DNA of 64,000 nucleotides from Escherichia coli (GTDB lineage Bacteria; Pseudomonadota; Gammaproteobacteria; Enterobacterales; Enterobacteriaceae): NCBI RefSeq assembly GCF_030013205.1, contig NZ_CP122648.1; one strand, 5' to 3'. Shown piece by piece: positions 61,172 to 64,000 of this stretch (position 1 is its first letter; each line of letters starts with the position of its first letter). The notes under the pieces were generated by a model. It saw only the letters and a program-made list of their open reading frames with translations, ran no database searches and was not told where the DNA came from. The position numbers and the translations under genes were made by a program.

Positions 61172-63781
61172 TTATGAGCCAGGATGTGTGCAAACTGCCG
61201 AAATAACAGTGACGGCTTGCTGTAAGCTTTGCTTCGGCAATACATAGTGCGCAATGCAGCGTGAGTTCGCGCCGTCTCCCCACTGAACAAGCAATTCACC
61301 AGACAATGGCGCACCGCTTAAATAAACTTGCCCGTCATCACCCACCATACTGGTTATTCCGGTACTGTTTTCCCGTACCAGTGATCCAAACGGCACCGGT
61401 TTTCCGCCCTGGGTAACGGTAATGAGCGCCCGCACGCCTATGCGGGTATCAAAATTGGCACGAACCAACGCGCCTTGCGTCGGCACAACGCTGCTAATAT
61501 TTTTTTCAACATCGATGGAATTCCCCATCGTATTGGTATCAAGCGCGATACGGTTATACCGATAAACCGTGGCATACGGCATCACCGCATAGCCGCGCCA
61601 GTCGGTTAAAATGCCAGTTTGATTTTCAATGCGTACACCGCCTGCGCCAGGCGCTTTAATCAAAACATTGGTATCCCCTAAAGGCTGGCTCAGCGTTATA
61701 CCATTTTCATGCCCGACCACACCGCCAGACAGCTGCCAGTTAACGTCATGTTGATCGCGGTCGTAGTTATACCCGACCCCCAGCGTACCGTAAGCGGCCT
61801 GCCAGTTTGCCGTGGCGCTGCCCGTATACCCATTATTCGAGGTATCGCCCTGGCTTACGTGATAACTCAGGTTGTGGCCTTCCAGTAAGGTCCCACCAAC
61901 GCCTGCCAGCCAGCTATTTTGCCCGTTGCTGTTACGGTTGGCGTTAAAGGAGGCATAAGCGCGGTCGAGCGCATTTTCCCGGGTGTAGCGACGTTTGGTC
62001 AGAACATTGAAAGGCACTGAAACATTAAGTCCGACAATACGTTCGTTATCGGGGATCCCTACAGATTCATTCCACGAAAATGAGAGTGAATAACTGATGC
62101 CAACCCAGCTGCTGGTATACCCCACCTGATACCAGGTATCTGAATCCGAAGTATTCCAGTATTTTTGATGGGTACCAGAGATATAAAGCGAGCCAAAGTC
62201 ATTAAGTGATTGTGAAATATTTAACTGCAAACGGTCTTTACGGCTAAAGCGTAAATTGTGGTAATTCACGATTATCGGTTCATCGCGATGCTCACCGTCA
62301 TAATCGTAATCATATTCGTACCCCTCCATTCGACGATACGCAACATCATCAAGGGTATAAAAACCTTGTGTCGAATAGCGGTAACCCATTAACTGAAAAT
62401 TGGTGCCGAAAGTGTTCATTGATTTCGCATAGAGGAAGCGAATGGAATCCCCCTCATGACGACTGTCGTCGGCTAACTGACTGCGCGCATGCGTTACATC
62501 CAGCGACACTGCGCCCCAGTTCCCGAGATTGCGCCCCAGCCCTAATAAAAAGGCGGTGTAATTGGCAGATAATTGCGTCCCGCCGTAGGCAGTAAATTCC
62601 TGTGGTAAACCGCCGAGTGCCGTGCCCTGAAAAAAGAAAGGCGACGATTGCTGACTATTACCGCTACGAAAATCGCCCGCCGTCAGGTCAAATTTGAAAC
62701 GCCCTTCGCGTTGTAAAATCGGCACTGTTGAATACGGAATTGTGTAATTCTGCTGATTGCCATCGCGCTCGTCGATGGTGACATCCAGATCGCCATTTGA
62801 AGATGTCGGGTGCAAATCTGTAATTTCAAAAGCGCCGGGGGAAACATAGCTTTGATAGATAATAAAACCATTTTGCCGAATCGTTAGCTGGGCCGCCGTA
62901 CGGGCAATCCCACGTACCGTTGGGGCAAACCCTTGCTGGCTATCAGGATACATATTATCGGAAGAGTAAAGCCGTACACCACGAAATCCAACGCCATCGA
63001 AAATATCACTTCCTGTATTGCCGTCTCCCATTACCAGTTCACTTTTCAGCGGAATAATGGCGCGCTGTACCCAGGTGCCAATATTATTCCACTGTTCTGA
63101 ATGATATCCATTTCCGCGAAAATAGTTCCAGGAACCATTGTTGCGTAAACGCCACGGGCCAATATTAATCCCGCTGAGCTCACTAAAAAAATAGCTATCG
63201 TTACCATTACCTCTGTTACCGGTGAAATTATAATTCAGGAGTAAAGCAGGAATACCTTCATCCCACTCTTCAGGCGGAATGTAACCGTGAGCGCTACTCA
63301 ACAACGCTATCTGAGGAATAGTGATGTTCAGGCGCATCGCTGCAAAATCAAAGTTAATTGTGGCATCAGGTACAGCTTTCAGTAAATTAATGCATTTATT
63401 ATTTTGCTGCTGGGCTAACTCGGGGAATGCACTGCTATTAAGGCCAATTCGTTCAAGGAGTGCCTGGTTAAAACAAGGCATTAACCCACCTGATTTATCA
63501 CCTGTATTTACTGTCGTCGATTCAAATACGATATCCTGTGAACCAATGAACTCATCATTACGCCAGAGATCCACCCGATACACGCCCGCAGGTTGATGAT
63601 TACCTCTCTCAAAGCGCGATAAATCAGCAACGGATGTGCCATTCTCTAATAAAAATGCCGGGTTGAAATAACTTTCCGCATAGCTTAAAAAGGAGGGTAA
63701 AATGGCAAGAGATGAATAACAAATTCCGGCCAGACACCAGCTATACCTCTGCGGAATATCCGTAGTAGTGGGTATTTTCAT
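61172..63781 (-). CDS. sfmD: fimbrial outer membrane usher SfmD
   Basis: 869-aa [51 protein letters not shown]… (usher family). Confidence 0.93.
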   Translation of the reverse strand: MKIPTTTDIPQRYSWCLAGICYSSLAILPSFLSYAESYFNPAFLLENGTSVADLSRFERGNHQPAGVYRVDLWRNDEFIGSQDIVFESTTVNTGDKSGGLMPCFNQALLERIGLNSSAFPELAQQQNNKCINLLKAVPDATINFDFAAMRLNITIPQIALLSSAHGYIPPEEWDEGIPALLLNYNFTGNRGNGNDSYFFSELSGINIGPWRLRNNGSWNYFRGNGYHSEQWNNIGTWVQRAIIPLKSELVMGDGNTGSDIFDGVGFRGVRLYSSDNMYPDSQQGFAPTVRGIARTAAQLTIRQNGFIIYQSYVSPGAFEITDLHPTSSNGDLDVTIDERDGNQQNYTIPYSTVPILQREGRFKFDLTAGDFRSGNSQQSSPFFFQGTALGGLPQEFTAYGGTQLSANYTAFLLGLGRNLGNWGAVSLDVTHARSQLADDSRHEGDSIRFLYAKSMNTFGTNFQLMGYRYSTQGFYTLDDVAYRRMEGYEYDYDYDGEHRDEPIIVNYHNLRFSRKDRLQLNISQSLNDFGSLYISGTHQKYWNTSDSDTWYQVGYTSSWVGISYSLSFSWNESVGIPDNERIVGLNVSVPFNVLTKRRYTRENALDRAYASFNANRNSNGQNSWLAGVGGTLLEGHNLSYHVSQGDTSNNGYTGSATANWQAAYGTLGVGYNYDRDQHDVNWQLSGGVVGHENGITLSQPLGDTNVLIKAPGAGGVRIENQTGILTDWRGYAVMPYATVYRYNRIALDTNTMGNSIDVEKNISSVVPTQGALVRANFDTRIGVRALITVTQGGKPVPFGSLVRENSTGITSMVGDDGQVYLSGAPLSGELLVQWGDGANSRCIAHYVLPKQSLQQAVTVISAVCTHPGS

Positions 63782-63811
63782 AATTAGCTCTGATATTGTC
63801 AGATGATTCGG

Positions 63812-64000
63812 TTAGTTTAAGTTCACTTCTCTGACCGGGGTTACTGAACCATAATCATTAACGGTCTGAAATTTCAGCTTTCCCTGCACTCCTGAGGGTA
63901 AGGGAATTTGTGAATTAACTCTGGGTGCAACCATAGCATTCCCCAGTTTTTGGCTGCCCACTTGCAGGTTAACCAGGGTGACATAAAAAGGTGATGGATT
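63812..64000 (-). CDS. sfmC: fimbrial periplasmic chaperone SfmC, C-terminal part (gene runs off the window end)
   Basis: Minus-strand frame reads …NPSPFYVTLVNLQVGSQKLGNAMVAPRVNSQIPLPSGVQGKLKFQTVNDYGSVTPVREVNLN* with stop at 63812-63814, just upstream of sfmD. Confidence 0.7.
   Translation of the reverse strand, partial: NPSPFYVTLVNLQVGSQKLGNAMVAPRVNSQIPLPSGVQGKLKFQTVNDYGSVTPVREVNLN

Overview
This window is an Escherichia coli chromosomal segment, colinear (in reverse orientation) with the K-12 region entB–entE–entC / fepB / entS / fepDGC / fepE–entF–ybdZ–fes / fepA–entD / hokE / ybdK–ybdJ–ybdF–nfsB–ybdG / pheP / cusCFBA–cusRS / nfrB–nfrA–ybcH / envY / ompT / argU / fimZ / sfmFHDC. Gene calls rest on reading the supplied ORF translations and recognising the proteins from memory; no database search was run. 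Three stretches are not explained by that core map and are the main places to look. (1) An ~8 kb island between cusS and nfrB (33289-41263): an AT-rich leader with an (ATGTGCA)4 repeat, a vgrG fused out of frame to a 5'-truncated rhs gene whose low-GC C-terminal domain carries an HExxH motif, a small overlapping candidate immunity ORF, and an H-repeat (ISAs1-family) transposase. (2) A ~10.4 kb mosaic cryptic prophage at argU (48341-58716), bounded by a 45-bp copy of the argU 3' end, carrying ompT, a secreted alpha/beta hydrolase, a methyltransferase flanked by 120-bp direct repeats of a tail-fibre-assembly 3' end, a cro/cI immunity region with palindromic operators, a coiled-coil/zinc-ribbon moron, a GC-rich highly structured non-coding region, yfdP/yfdQ homologues, and an in-frame HD-domain::integrase chimera. 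(3) A tandem duplication of the hok/sok type I toxin locus (two ~470 bp units, 503 bp period) in which a 1-nt indel puts mok in frame with hok in the second copy. The best candidate for an undescribed system is the Rhs C-terminal HExxH toxin plus immunity pair, followed by the prophage moron and the structured RNA-like region; none of these could be assigned to a named family from sequence alone.
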